Below, in pieces: positions 1-47,400 of a stretch of 64,000 nt of DNA. The notes under the pieces are model-generated. The model was not told the DNA's origin, searched no databases, and worked only from the letters and a program-made list of their open reading frames with translations. Position 1 is the stretch's first letter. Every line of letters begins with the position of its first letter. The stretch is from NCBI GenBank assembly GCA_002269645.1, contig NIVC01000834.1, positions 1-64,000 on the forward strand, read 5' to 3'. The stretch comes from Macrostomum lignano (lineage: Eukaryota). The position numbers and the translations under genes are program-made.

Positions 1-60
1 ATGTTAAGTGACTTTAATAAAATAAGTTTTGATTTCCATTTATCCCATCTCCTTCGCCAG

Positions 61-33252
<33,192 letters not shown>

Positions 33253-33784
33253 TTCGCGAAGAAGGCGATAGATCCGATTCCAGTGTTAACAAGAGAAATA
33301 TTTCCACTTTCGAAGGCGTGTACATGTATGTACATACGATATCAAAATGTCGGCATCACTGACCGTTTATCTGACACAAATACTCCGCCCCAGCAGGTTT
33401 CGTACACCTACTACATGTACATTCAACATGCAAACAGCCCATTGCAATAAGTCGCAAAACCAACCCGTGTTTCGCTGTTAATTTTTATCAATTTCCAATG
33501 GAGCCATTTTTAAGAAAAAAATTTGAATTGTATTTTGGTAATAAAATAATGCTATTGTTGATCAATGCTATTGGTTATACAAATACATGTATTAGTATAT
33601 CTTCAAGTACCTTTTAGCACCTGTAGTGTACTTGAATGTACACTAATTTTATATTAATTACGAGTATTATGACAACATGAGCGGTTTACACACTGCAAAA
33701 TTTTGAAATTGTTTAGATTTTTATATTATTACATGTAGCTCCATCCTGGCCTCAGAAGCTAGTGGCGCTGTATGAAGGACATCA

Positions 33785-34926
33785 GGTTGTGGCTCCTGAA
33801 GGCACTGAAGAGATAGTGGCGCTACCTGAAGGAACTGAGGAGAAAGTGGCGCTACCTGAAAGAACTGAGGAGAAAGTGGCGCCACCTGAAGGAACTGAGG
33901 AGAAACTGGCGCTATCTGAAGGAACTGAGGAGAAACTGGCGCTATCTGAAGGAACTGAGGAGAAAGTGGCGCTACCTGAAGGAACTGAGGAGAAACTGGC
34001 GCCACCTGAAGGAACTGAGTGGCGCCTGAAGGAACTGAGGAGAAAGTGGCGCTACCTGAAGGAACTGAGGAGAAAGTGGCGCTATCTGAAGGAACTGAGG
34101 AGAAAGTGGCGCTACCTGAAGGAACTGAAGAGGTAGTAGCGCCTCCTGAAGGAAGTGAGGAGGTAATGGCGCTATCTGAAGGAACTGAGGAGAAACTGGC
34201 GCTATCTGAAGGAACTGAGGAGAAAGTCGTGCTATCTGAAGGAACTGAGGAGAAAGTGGCGCTATCTGAAGGAACTGAAGAGAAAGTGGTGCTATCTGAA
34301 GGAACTGAGGAGAAAGTGGCGCTATCTGAAGGAACTGAAGAGAAAGTGGTGCTATCTGAAGGAACTGAGGAGAAAGTGGCGCTATCTGAAGGAACTGAGG
34401 AGAAACTGGCGCTATCTGAAGGAACTGAGGAGGTAGTGGCGCCACCTGAAGGAACTGAGGAGAAAGTGGTGCTATCTGAAGGAACTGAGGAGAAAGTGGC
34501 GCCACCTGAAGGAACTGAGGAGAAAGTGGCGCTATCTGAAGGAACTCAGGAGAAAGTGGCGCTATCTGAAGGAACTCAGGAGAAAGTGGCGCTATCTGAA
34601 GGAACTCAGGAGAAAGTGGCGCTATCTGAAGGAACTCAGGAGAAAGTGGCGCTATCTGAAGGAACTGAGGAGAAAGTGGCGCTATCTGAAGGAACTCAGG
34701 AGAAAGTGGCGCTATCTGAAGGAACTGAGGAGAAAGTGGCGCTATCTGAAGGAACTGAGGAGAAACTGGCGCTATCTGAAGGAACTGAGGAGAAACTGGC
34801 GCTACCTGAAGGAACTGAGGAGAAATTGGCGCTACCTGAAGGAACTAAGGTAGTGGCGCTATCTGAAGGAACTGAGGAGGTAGTGGCGCCACCTGAAGGA
34901 ACTGAGGAGAAAGTGGCGCTTCCTGA
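33785..34926. repeat. Intergenic 30-bp minisatellite GCGCTATCTGAAGGAACTGAGGAGAAAGTG
   Basis: About 38 copies between the convergent MPDZ and PSMA5 3' ends. Confidence 0.95.
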
Positions 34927-35544
34927 AGTTAAGCTACCGTTAATCTATGCAGCAGGGTCATGAAATTACCAAGACAGAAAACAGGCAAAGTTTTTTTGAA
35001 AACAATTACTCAACAAATTGCGCCCGATAACAACAAGTAGCTTCACTTACTCGTATCTTCAGTATCAGTATATTGTTATTAAGGAGCAGCAATGTTGAGA
35101 ATCAAACGTTAGAGAGAACGAATACAAGCAACAAAGGTTATAGTTGATCATACTATTACTTAGTAAACATATATGGATGTAAAGATATAGAGAAAATTAG
35201 GCTAACTATAGGCTTGCTATTCTGACCGAGTGTATTACAAAAGCACTGGGTACCGGATGTGTCGCTGATAGTAGTATTAACAGCGTATTTTTATTACCTA
35301 TTACTCGTAGAAAATAATTGGCTGCAAAAGCTACCGGGGTGCTTTTTTATCGCACTGAACATAAGAAGGCCTGCTGCTGATGCTGGATAATTAAATAATA
35401 AATTGTCACATTTTATTTGATAGGATAATTGCAAATTTGAAGGGCGCTTTGCCTATTAACATTGCCCAGATTTAGATGATCCTGCATTAAACACTTTAGA
35501 TAAACTATTAAGATTTATATATGTATATTATCTACGCTCGTATA

Positions 35545-35818
35545 GACGCCGTTAGGACATCTATAGACATCGTTACGACGATCTATAGACACCGCTAGGG
35601 TTACCTTACCTATAGACACCGTTAGGGTGATCTGTAGACACCGTTAGGCTGATCTATAGACACTATTAGGGTGATCTAAAGACACCGTTAGGATGATCTA
35701 TAAACACTTTTGAGGTGATCGATAGACACCGTTAGGATGATCTATAAACACTTTTGAGGTGATCTATAGACACAGTTAGGGTGATCTATAGACACTGTTA
35801 GGATGACCTAAAGACACC
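35545..35818. repeat. 22-bp minisatellite ATCTATAGACACCGTTAGGGTG
   Basis: About 12 degenerate copies. Confidence 0.88.
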
Positions 35819-35938
35819 CATATCAATAATTATTTTGCACATAATTTCTTAAACTCACAGTTTACCTTAGAATCCCAAAAAGCACCCAAAACCGTATCCC
35901 TCCCAACTGTTCTCGAGAACCTTGTCGTTGAACTCAGC

Positions 35939-38228
<2,290 letters not shown>

Positions 38229-39079
38229 GATGCCAATAAATTGCTGATTTCACAATTGCTAATAACTGACTCCCGAAAGATCGGCGCGCGCACCTTCTGG
38301 CTGAAAGCGTTTGAAAATTAGTTGAATCGTTATCATAATTCTTGATAAAATATACAACACTCTTAATAAGCTACTTATCAAGTAGAAATATAGGCTAAAT
38401 ATAATTTTTTTTAAAATGACGAACAAAATGTATTTTCAAAATTAAGAAATGCCGTCCAGGAAAAGAGATGTTATTATTGCTGATCAAAGTCAAACAGTGT
38501 GTGTGTTTTAGCTGCGCCACGACAAATTTGGCAGACGATTGAGCGCATAATAATAATGATAATAATAATAGTAATAATATAAAAATTGCTTTTACAATCA
38601 GAGCGTGGGGGCTGAGCGCACAGACAAAAATGACTGAGAGAAAAAAATCGAAAAAAAATAACAAAGAACAGTTGGGAGTTCCGGGAGGGGGAGGAGGATT
38701 TGGCGAACTCGAACTAATTCGACACAAAAACCTTATAAAAGCGCAAAGACTCGAGAGAATAAATGTGACTGAAAAGTGTTTGCAAGCCAGAAAAGTACAT
38801 TCATAAAACATAAAGCATAGGCAGTTCCGGTCAGATGTTTTCGAATGTTAATCGGGTACTTAAAAAAACTTTTTTATTTCTGTGTCAATTTTGTCAAGAG
38901 CAGAACTTTCAAATAGATGGAAAACGCACGGGGTAGAGCAGAGTATTAAAGATAGCTGGATAACAAAATAAACGCAAATGCGCGAAAAACTGCATCTAAA
39001 AGCATCGTAGACTGGATTTGAGCACGGAGTATTGATTTTTTCTTATCGGAGCATTTTTAGAAAAACTTGTGCATTTTTT

Positions 39080-39806
39080 ATGGAGACTTGATCGGCTCAT
39101 TGGGGAGACTTGATCAGCTCATTGGGGAGACTTGATCAGCTCATTAGGGAGACTTGATCAGCTCATTGGGGAGACTTGATCAGCTCATTAGGGAGACTTG
39201 ATCAGCTCATTAGGGAGACTTGATCAGCTCATTAGGGAGACTTGATCGGCTCATTTGGGAGACTGAAAAATTAGTCAATTAGTGACACTTGGACTATTTT
39301 ATTAAAGGGAGTAAGAACAGTCTATTAGGGAGACTAAAACCAGTCCATTAGGGAAACTCAGACCCGTCAATTAGGGAGACTAAGACCAGTCAATTAGGGA
39401 GACTAAGACCAATTCATTAGGGAGACTAAGACCAGTCGATTAGGGAGACTAAGACCAGTTCATTAGGGAGACTAAGACCAGTACATTAGGGAGACTAAGA
39501 GCAGTCCATTAGGGAGACTAAGACCAGTTCATTAGGGAGACTAAGACCAGTCCATTAGGGAGACTAAGAGCAGTCCATTAGGGAGACTAAGAGCAGTCCA
39601 TTAGGGAGACTAAGAGCAGTCCATTAGGGAGACTAAGACCAGTCCATTAGGGAGACTAAGAGCAGTTCATTAGGGAGACTAAGACCAGTCCATTCGGAGA
39701 CTAAGACCAGTCCATTCGGAGACTAAGACCAGTCCATTCGGAGACTAAGACCAGTCCATTCGGAGACTAAGACCAGTCCATTAGGAGACTAAGAGCAGTC
39801 CATTAG
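39080..39806. repeat. Two related 22/23-bp arrays (GGAGACTTGATCAGCTCATTAG; TTAGGGAGACTAAGACCAGTCCA) between the nucleoporin and PSMA5
   Basis: 39080-39262 and ~39330-39806. Confidence 0.92.
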
Positions 39807-39919
39807 GGAGATCAACCTATTAGAGATAATTAGAGTAGTCAATGATTAGACAAAATTTCAGCCTTAAAAGTCAGTCGAAGTGAGTGAACACGATCATAAA
39901 AGGTATTCATGTTTGCTTT

Positions 39920-42900
39920 TCACCGCCTTCGGCGCGGTTTAATCGGCGCCCGTCGAGTCGCTTCGCCAGCGCCGCCACCAGCCGCAGAGAAGTTGAAATT
40001 TGGCGCCGGCGCTTGCGGCGCAGCTCCAGCGACGGCCGCGCCAAGAGAGAAATTGAAGCTGGAACCACTGGATGACTGCTGCTGCTGATTCTGCTGTTGT
40101 TGCGGCGGCTGCTGTCCGAAGCTGAACAAAGAGCCGCCAGTTGAAGAAGTCGATCCAGCGGTAGCTGCCGACTGGCCAAACGTAAAGCCGGTGCCGGCGC
40201 TGGTTGAAGATGGTGGCGCATTTGGCGCGGCATTTGCAGCGCCGGAATTATTAGCGCCAAAACTAAAGCTGGGATTTGAGGCTGATTTGCCGAAACTGAA
40301 CGGATTGGGAGAAGCGGCGGCAGCCGGTTTTGCCACGGTGGACTGGTTGCTGCTCGCTGATTGGCCGAATAGGGTACCGGCTGATGACGTGTTCGAAACT
40401 GATTGGCCGAAAAGTAGACCAGTGGATGAGTTGCTCGAAGCTGATTGGCCGAAGACTGGAGCAGCGGATGACGTGTTCGAAGCTAATTGGCCGAAGACTG
40501 GAGCAGCGGATGACGTGTTCGAAGCTGATTGGCCGAAGACTGGAGCAGCGGATGACGTGTTCGAAGCTGATTGGCCAAAGACTGGAGCAGCGGATGACGT
40601 GTTCGAAGCTGATTGGCCAAAGACTGGAGCAGCGGATGACGCGTTAGAAGCTGATTGACCAAAAAGCGACGTTCCTGAAGACTTACTGACAGTGGAGGCA
40701 GCATGACCAAACAAATTATTGGCAGATGCGGTAGTGGCAACGGTCTGTCCGAAAACGGAGGAGCTCGATGATGCAACCGAAGATGCTTTACCAAAGGTGA
40801 ATGCACCGGATGTTGAAGATTTAGAAGCAGAGTAACCAAATGCGGAAGCCGTGGAAGCTGTAGTGGCAGCAGGTTGGCCAAATACGGAACTTGTGGAAGA
40901 AGCACTTTTACTAAATACGAATCCTGAACTAGCAGATGACACATTTGAACCCGACTGGCCGAAAATTGGTGCGGCAGATGACGCATTTGAAGCTGATTGG
41001 CCAAACACCGGACCAGCTGATGACGTGTTGGAAGCCGATTGGCCAAAGATTGGACCATTTGATGACGTGTTAGCAGCTGATTGGCCAAAGATCGGAGTGG
41101 CAGATGACGCATTTGAAGCTGATTGCCCAAACACTAGACCAGCTGATGACGCATTGGAAGCTGATTGGCCAAAGATTGGACCAGCCGTTGGCTTACTAGA
41201 AGCTGATTGGCCAAAGATTGGACCAGCTGATGACGTGTTGGAAGCTGATTGGCCAAAGATTGGACCAGCCGTTGGCTTACTAGAAGCTGATTGGCTAAAG
41301 ACGGGACCAGCTGATGACGTATTAGAATTTGATTGGCCGAAGACTGGAGCAGCAGATGACCTATTAGAAGCTGATTCGCCGAAGACTGGAGCAACAGATG
41401 ACGTGTAAGAAGCTGATTGGCCAAAAACTGGAGCAGCAGATGACGTATTAGAAGCTGATTGGCCAAAAACAGGAGCAGCAGATGACGTATTAGAAGCTGA
41501 TTGGCCGAATGCTGGAGCAGCAGATGACGTATTAGAAGCTGATTGGCCGAAAGCTGGAGCAGCAGATGACGTGCTCAAAGCTGATTGGCTGAACACAGGA
41601 GCAGTAGTAGAAGTTTGACCAAAGCCTGTAGCTGTAAAACTTGCAGAAGCATTATTATTAAAAGAAGAGTTTGAAGCAGCCAGGTTTAAACCTGATGCAG
41701 TAGTTGAGCCTAAAGCTGGTTGACTAATCACTGGAGCTACAGATGCAGCAGTAGACGCAGTGTTGGAAGCTGCCTGACCAAATGTTACAGCGGCAGACGG
41801 AGTGTTGGAAGCTGCCTGACCAAATGTTACAGCGGCAGACGGAGTGTTGGAAGCTGCCTGACCAAATGTTACAGCGGCAGACGGAGTGTTGGAAGCTGCC
41901 TGACCAAATGTTACAGCGGCAGACGGAGTGTTGGAAGCTGCCTGACCAAATGTTACAGCGGCAGACGGAGTGTTGGAAGCTGCCTGACCAAATGTTACAG
42001 CGGCAGACGGAGTGTTAAAAGCCGTTACAGTTGTCACAGGAGCTGACGTGTTCGAGGCTGCTGTAACTGACACGGAGTCTGCAGACGGGGTCTTGGAAAC
42101 TGTTTGGCCAAAGCTCACTGCTGCGGATGAAGTGTTGGTAGCTGTTATATTACTAGCAGTAGTTGGAGTTTCAGAAAAAGCGGTCCCCAGCACGGGAGCG
42201 TTGAGAGACGAAGTGTTAGAATCCGGCTTACGAAATTCTGCCAAAGGCGTTGCCGAAGCGGCAAGGTTCAGCACAGGTGCAGCGGCGGCAGCGGGCGTGC
42301 TAGGACTGCTATTCAACGAATTATTCGCCGCAGCTGCAGATTCTCCCGCAAGCAGGCGACGAATTCTTTCCCGACGACTGGCTCTGGCCTGACGGTCGCG
42401 TTCGCGAGCTTGCCGAGCGGCGGCCAGTCGGTCTATCGGTGAGGCGCCGCTCGGCATCGTCGACGAAAATTCCTCGCCGACGGTATCGCTGGCCGATACG
42501 GCGGCATCATCCCGACGCCTGCCGGAGCGCTCCAGGTTGGCGACCAGAGCGGAGACGGTAGCCCGAGCTGACGACTGCTGCTGGTGGTGCCTGCGACGCG
42601 CCGATGCCGACAATATCGAAGTCGACGAAATCGACGGCGAAGGCGAAACCAAACCGACATTGGTCGCTTCATCGACGCCGACTGTCGCAGTTGGTTCGGT
42701 ACTGGGCGTAACTGCCGCTAGTTGAAGCGGCGCGGCAGCAGGTCCGGAAGTATCTCGCTGCTCCGACGGCGCCGGCTCCGTCGCCGGAAGCGGCGGCGGC
42801 AAAATCCGCCTAGGCGCCACCGGAAGCCGAATTGGCCCGCCGCCGAGCACTTCGCGCAGCGACGTCGCTTTGAATTTGCCGCCGTCTAATCCGCCGCCAG

Positions 42901-43534
42901 ATTCCGACGTTGGTCCGGCTGCCGCGGCGGCGCCGCCACTAGACGAATCACCTAGGATGTCGTCAAGAGCAGCGGCGGCTGCTGCGTCGGCAGCGGGTGT
43001 CGCAGCGGCGATGCTGACACGTCGTCGCTTTTTCTTTGTCGAAAAAGAAGTCGCCGACGCGTCTTCAAAGTCGGCCCTATTCTCCACGTCCGGATTGACG
43101 TCCTCAGCAATGTCGGCTGCTTCCCCGCCGCCTTCTGCATCGTCGTTGTTGATGCTGGGCGGCGCCAGGGAGCGCCGTTTCCTGGTCTCGATGATGCGCA
43201 GGGCGCGCAGCACGCTGGTCTGCTCGTCCTCGTCTCGAAGCACTGGCTGCTGCTGCTGCTGCTGCTGCTGATGCGGCCTCGGCGGCAGCGGCATGGTGCA
43301 CCTACTGGGCGGTCCACGTTGAAACGGCGACTTCTTTGCCGACACTGATAGCTCTGTTGACGCCAACTGGCGGCTGGTGAGCACCGACGAAGTTGGCCGG
43401 CTGGCTGCAGTCGAAGAGGGCAGCAGGCCGACTGAGATGCTCGCCGGCGATTTGGTCGTCGCCGCGGCGGCGGCATCGGCAGCGGCGGCGGACCGCTTCG
43501 AGAAGCTGTAGTAGCCGGAGGCTCTCGGACGCAA
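39920..43534 (-). CDS. FG-repeat nucleoporin, nuclear-basket type (Nup153/POM121-like); single large exon with no own initiator ATG
   Basis: Stop-free 1204-codon frame. About 40 FG motifs (mostly [V/I/A/L]FGQ in 14-aa S/A/T/N-rich units; FSFG/FTFG near the end), an NLS-like KKKRRRVS, and a basic C-terminal tail RRAPIKPRRRR*. It begins right after a TTCCAG acceptor. No RanBP2-type zinc fingers or transmembrane segment seen. Confidence 0.8.
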   Translation of the reverse strand: MRPRASGYYSFSKRSAAAADAAAAATTKSPASISVGLLPSSTAASRPTSSVLTSRQLASTELSVSAKKSPFQRGPPSRCTMPLPPRPHQQQQQQQQPVLRDEDEQTSVLRALRIIETRKRRSLAPPSINNDDAEGGGEAADIAEDVNPDVENRADFEDASATSFSTKKKRRRVSIAAATPAADAAAAAALDDILGDSSSGGAAAAAGPTSESGGGLDGGKFKATSLREVLGGGPIRLPVAPRRILPPPLPATEPAPSEQRDTSGPAAAPLQLAAVTPSTEPTATVGVDEATNVGLVSPSPSISSTSILSASARRRHHQQQSSARATVSALVANLERSGRRRDDAAVSASDTVGEEFSSTMPSGASPIDRLAAARQARERDRQARASRRERIRRLLAGESAAAANNSLNSSPSTPAAAAAPVLNLAASATPLAEFRKPDSNTSSLNAPVLGTAFSETPTTASNITATNTSSAAVSFGQTVSKTPSADSVSVTAASNTSAPVTTVTAFNTPSAAVTFGQAASNTPSAAVTFGQAASNTPSAAVTFGQAASNTPSAAVTFGQAASNTPSAAVTFGQAASNTPSAAVTFGQAASNTASTAASVAPVISQPALGSTTASGLNLAASNSSFNNNASASFTATGFGQTSTTAPVFSQSALSTSSAAPAFGQSASNTSSAAPAFGQSASNTSSAAPVFGQSASNTSSAAPVFGQSASYTSSVAPVFGESASNRSSAAPVFGQSNSNTSSAGPVFSQSASSKPTAGPIFGQSASNTSSAGPIFGQSASSKPTAGPIFGQSASNASSAGLVFGQSASNASSATPIFGQSAANTSSNGPIFGQSASNTSSAGPVFGQSASNASSAAPIFGQSGSNVSSASSGFVFSKSASSTSSVFGQPAATTASTASAFGYSASKSSTSGAFTFGKASSVASSSSSVFGQTVATTASANNLFGHAASTVSKSSGTSLFGQSASNASSAAPVFGQSASNTSSAAPVFGQSASNTSSAAPVFGQSASNTSSAAPVFGQLASNTSSAAPVFGQSASSNSSTGLLFGQSVSNTSSAGTLFGQSASSNQSTVAKPAAAASPNPFSFGKSASNPSFSFGANNSGAANAAPNAPPSSTSAGTGFTFGQSAATAGSTSSTGGSLFSFGQQPPQQQQNQQQQSSSGSSFNFSLGAAVAGAAPQAPAPNFNFSAAGGGAGEATRRAPIKPRRRR
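41764..42018 (-). repeat. Coding 42-bp tandem repeat (TPSAAVTFGQAASN) x6 within the nucleoporin ORF
   Basis: Near-identical copies at the DNA level. Confidence 0.93.
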
Positions 43535-43574
43535 CTGGAATACGGAAATTTGCTTACGATTTATGATTGTGCTC

Positions 43575-44266
43575 AGCTAGGGATCAAAGAGACTCAATGG
43601 GAGTTACTCGGCTAGGGATCAAAGGGACTCAATGGGAGTTACTCAGCTAGGGATCAAAGGGACTCAATGGGATTTACTCAGCTAGGGATCAAAGGGACTC
43701 AATGGGAGTTACTCAGCTAGGGATCAAAGGGACTCAATGGGATTTACTCAGCTAGGGATCAAAGGGATTCAGTGAGATTTACTCAGCTAGGGATCAAGGG
43801 GATTCAATGGGATTTACTCAGCTAGGGATCAAAGGGACTCAATGGGATTTACTCAGCTAGGGATCAAGGGGATTCAATGGGATTTACTCAGCTAGGGATC
43901 AAAGGGACTCAATGGGATTTACTCAGCTAGGGATCAAAGGGACTCAATGGGATTTACTCAACTAGGGATCAAAGGGACTCAAAGGGATTTACTCAGCTAG
44001 GGATCAAAGGGATTCAGTGGGATTTACTCAGCTAGGAATCAAAGGGACTCAATGGGATTTACTCAGCTAGGGATCAAAGGGAATCAATGGGATTTACTCA
44101 GCTAGGGATCAAAAGGACTTAATGGGATTTACTCAGCTAGGGATCAAAGGGACTCAAAGGGATTTACTCAGCTAGGGATCAAAGGGATTCAGTGGTATTT
44201 ACTCAGCTAGGAATCAAAGGGACTCAATGGGATTTACTCAGCTAGGGATCAAAGGGATTCAATGGG
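43575..44266. repeat. 35-bp minisatellite ACTCAGCTAGGGATCAAAGGGACTCAATGGGATTT between rps3 and the nucleoporin
   Basis: About 20 copies. Confidence 0.96.
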
Positions 44267-44460
44267 GTACTAAGCATAATAGGACACGCCTACTAGTCGA
44301 TAGAATAACAAAGACAAACTATTAAACAAAGATTCCAAGCCAACAAACTTCCAGTCGCCAACTGCAATCAGTCTCTTTGCTCACAGAGACAAGCAAATTT
44401 ACTAATTTTAACCATAGTATTCATTGAAAGGTCCTCCAACGCAATCCTTCAACAGGCTGT

Positions 44461-47400
44461 TTAGGCCACGGCCATGACTTCAGCCTGAGGCTTCTGCTGC
44501 TTATTCTCCGAATAAGGCTCGGCCGGCACCGGCTGCTCTTTGGGATCGGCGATGGTCACGTGATCCGGCAGGGGCTTGCGGGGCGCGACGCCTCCAGCCG
44601 GGGCCTCCCAGTTCTGCATGATCTTCACCTGAGAGGAATTGAGATTGGAGTTAGTGAGTCGTACAGCGGTTCATACAGTGAGTCATACAGGAGTCATACA
44701 GTGAGTCAGACAAGAGTCATACAGTGAGTCATACACGAGTCATACACGAGTCATACACGAGTCATACAGTGAGTCATACAGTGAGTCATACAGTGAGTCA
44801 TACAGTGAGTCATACACGAGTCATACAGGAGTCATACAGGAGTCATACAGTGAGTCATACAGTGAGTCATACACGAGTCATACAGAAGTCATAACTGATA
44901 CAGTGAGTCAGATCAATAAGCCTCACCTGGATGCCCAGTACACCCTGCCGGAGCTGTACGTGCCGCACAGACCGGTCAATGAAGCGGACAGACGGCTCGC
45001 CGCTGTGGATCATGAAGCCTTCAGTGAATTTCATCGATTTGGCGCGCTGACCGCGCAGCTTGCCGCTAACAATGACTTCGGCGCCTTTGGCGCCAGACTC
45101 CATAATGAAGCGCAGCACGCCGTAGCAGGCGCGACGGACAGCCAGGCCACCGAGAAGCTTGTAGCGCAGGGACTCGGCCTGCATGGTTGGGTTGGCAGTT
45201 TGTTTTAGTAAAGAGGATTGGATTCTGCTAGTAGAGTGCAAGTTAGTTATGCCGTTTGGGGCAACATGACGGTAAATCGGTGACGCTGATTGATCTGGCG
45301 CCATCTGACGCTGATTGTTGATCTGGCGCCATCTAACACTGATTGATCTGGCGCCATCTGACACTGATTGATCTGGCGCCATCTGACGCTGATTGTTGAT
45401 CTGGCGCCATCTAACACTGATTGATCTGGCGCCATCTGACGCTGATTGTTGATCTGGCGCCATCTGACGCTGATTGTTGATCTGGCGCCATCTAACACTG
45501 ATTGATCTGGCGCCATCTGACGCTGATTAATCTGGCGCCATCTGACACTGATTGATCTGGCGCCATCTGACGCTGATTGATCAGGCGCCATCTGACGCTG
45601 ATATATCTGGCGCCATCTGACACTGATTGATCTGGCGCCATCTGACACTGATTGATCTGGCGCCATCTAACACTGATTGATCTAGCGCCATCTGACACTG
45701 ATTGATCTGGCGCCATCTAACACTGATTGATCTAGCGCCATCTGACACTGATTGATCTGGCGCCATCTAACACTGATTGATCTAGCGCCATCTGACACTG
45801 ATTGATCAGGCGCCATCTAGTACTTATGTTTGCTTTTAATTTAGTCTTGGCATCATACTTTTCTTAAATAGCTGTCGTCATAAGTTGGTACGAATGTGAA
45901 CAGCAGATATAGATGTTAAAATCATTGCCATTAGTACTAAAACTTAAAATTATTGGCTTATGAATTTACGAGTACATGTATGTTTGTAGTCAAGGACTGA
46001 ATGATGAGATTGGGATCGGGGGTGGGACTGAACTGAAGATGGTATCAGATAAGAGACTTAAGATGTGCTCATACAAAGCATGTTGCTGTCGTCATAGCTC
46101 AAATCTTTAAGGCTAACGAATGTGAACAGCAGTAATGCAATTTAATCATAGCTGCTCATATAAAACAACAAAATCATATTTTATGAAATCAATTCCAGTT
46201 GGCATCATACTGAACAATATGTTGTCGGCATAACTTGTACGAATGTGAACAGCAGAATGGTTATAATCACTGCCAACTTGGGAATTCACGGGAGATGGGA
46301 CTCGGGATGGGTCTGAGGATGGGACTGAGGATGGGTCTGAGGATGGGTCTGTGGATGGGACTGAGGATGGGTCTGAGGATGGGTCTGAGGATGGAACTGA
46401 GGATGGGACTGTGGATGGGACTGAGGATGGGTCTGAGGATGGGACTGAGGATGGTCTGAGGATGGGTCTGAGGATGGGACTGAGGGTGGGTCTGAGGGTG
46501 GGACTGAGGATGGTCTGAGGATGGGTCTGAGGATGGGACTGAGGGTGGCTCTGAGGGTGGGACTGAGGATGGGACAGAGGATGGGTCTGAGGATGGAACT
46601 GAGGATGGGTCTGAGGATGGGACGGAGGATGGGTCTGAGGATGGGACGGAGGATGGAACTGAGGATGGGTCTGAGGATGGGTCTGAGGATGGGTCTGAGG
46701 ATGGGACGGAGGATGGGACGGAGGATGGAACTGAGGATGGGTCTGAGGATGGGTCTGAGGATGGGACTGAGGATGGGACTGAGGGTGGGACGGAGGATTG
46801 GTCTGAGGATGGGACTGAGGGTGGGTCTGAGGGTGGGACTGAGGATGGGACAGAGGATGGGTCTGAGGATGGAACTGAGGATGGGTCTGAGGGTGGGACT
46901 GAGCATGGAACTGAGGATGGGTCTGAGGATGGGACGGAGGATGGGACGGAGGATGGGTCTGAGGATGGGACTGAGGATGGTCTGAGGATGGGTCTGAGGA
47001 TGGGACTGAGGGTGGCTCTGAGGGTGGGACTGAGGATGGGACAGAGGATGGGTCTGAGGATGGAACTGAGGATGGGTCTGAGGATGGGACGGAGGATGGG
47101 TCTGAGGATGGGACGGAGGATGGGACGGAGGATGGGTCTGAGGATGGGACTGAGGATGGTCTGAGGATGGGTCTGAGGATGGGACTGAGGGTGGCTCTGA
47201 GGGTGGGACTGAGGATGGGACAGAGGATGGGTCTGAGGTTGGAACTGAGGATGGGTCTGAGGATGGGACGGAGGATGGGTCTGAGGATGGGACGGAGGAT
47301 GGGACGGAGGATGGGTCTGAGGATGGGACTGAGGGTGGGACGGAGGATGGGACTGAGGGTGGGTCAGAGGATGGAACTGAGGATGGGACAGAGTTACAAA

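Noticed and set aside
34019-34963. 314-aa ORF of (VALSEGTEEK)n
   Set aside because: Translation of a 30-bp intergenic array lying after the MPDZ stop; it is open in several frames and on both strands, with no unique domain or clear splice context.
38229-38243. CAATTTATTGGCATCATG before the PSMA5 ATG resembles the 3' end of the M. lignano spliced leader as I recall it
   Set aside because: The match is short, gapped and AT-rich; the leader sequence is from memory and cannot be verified here, and no SL RNA gene features were seen.
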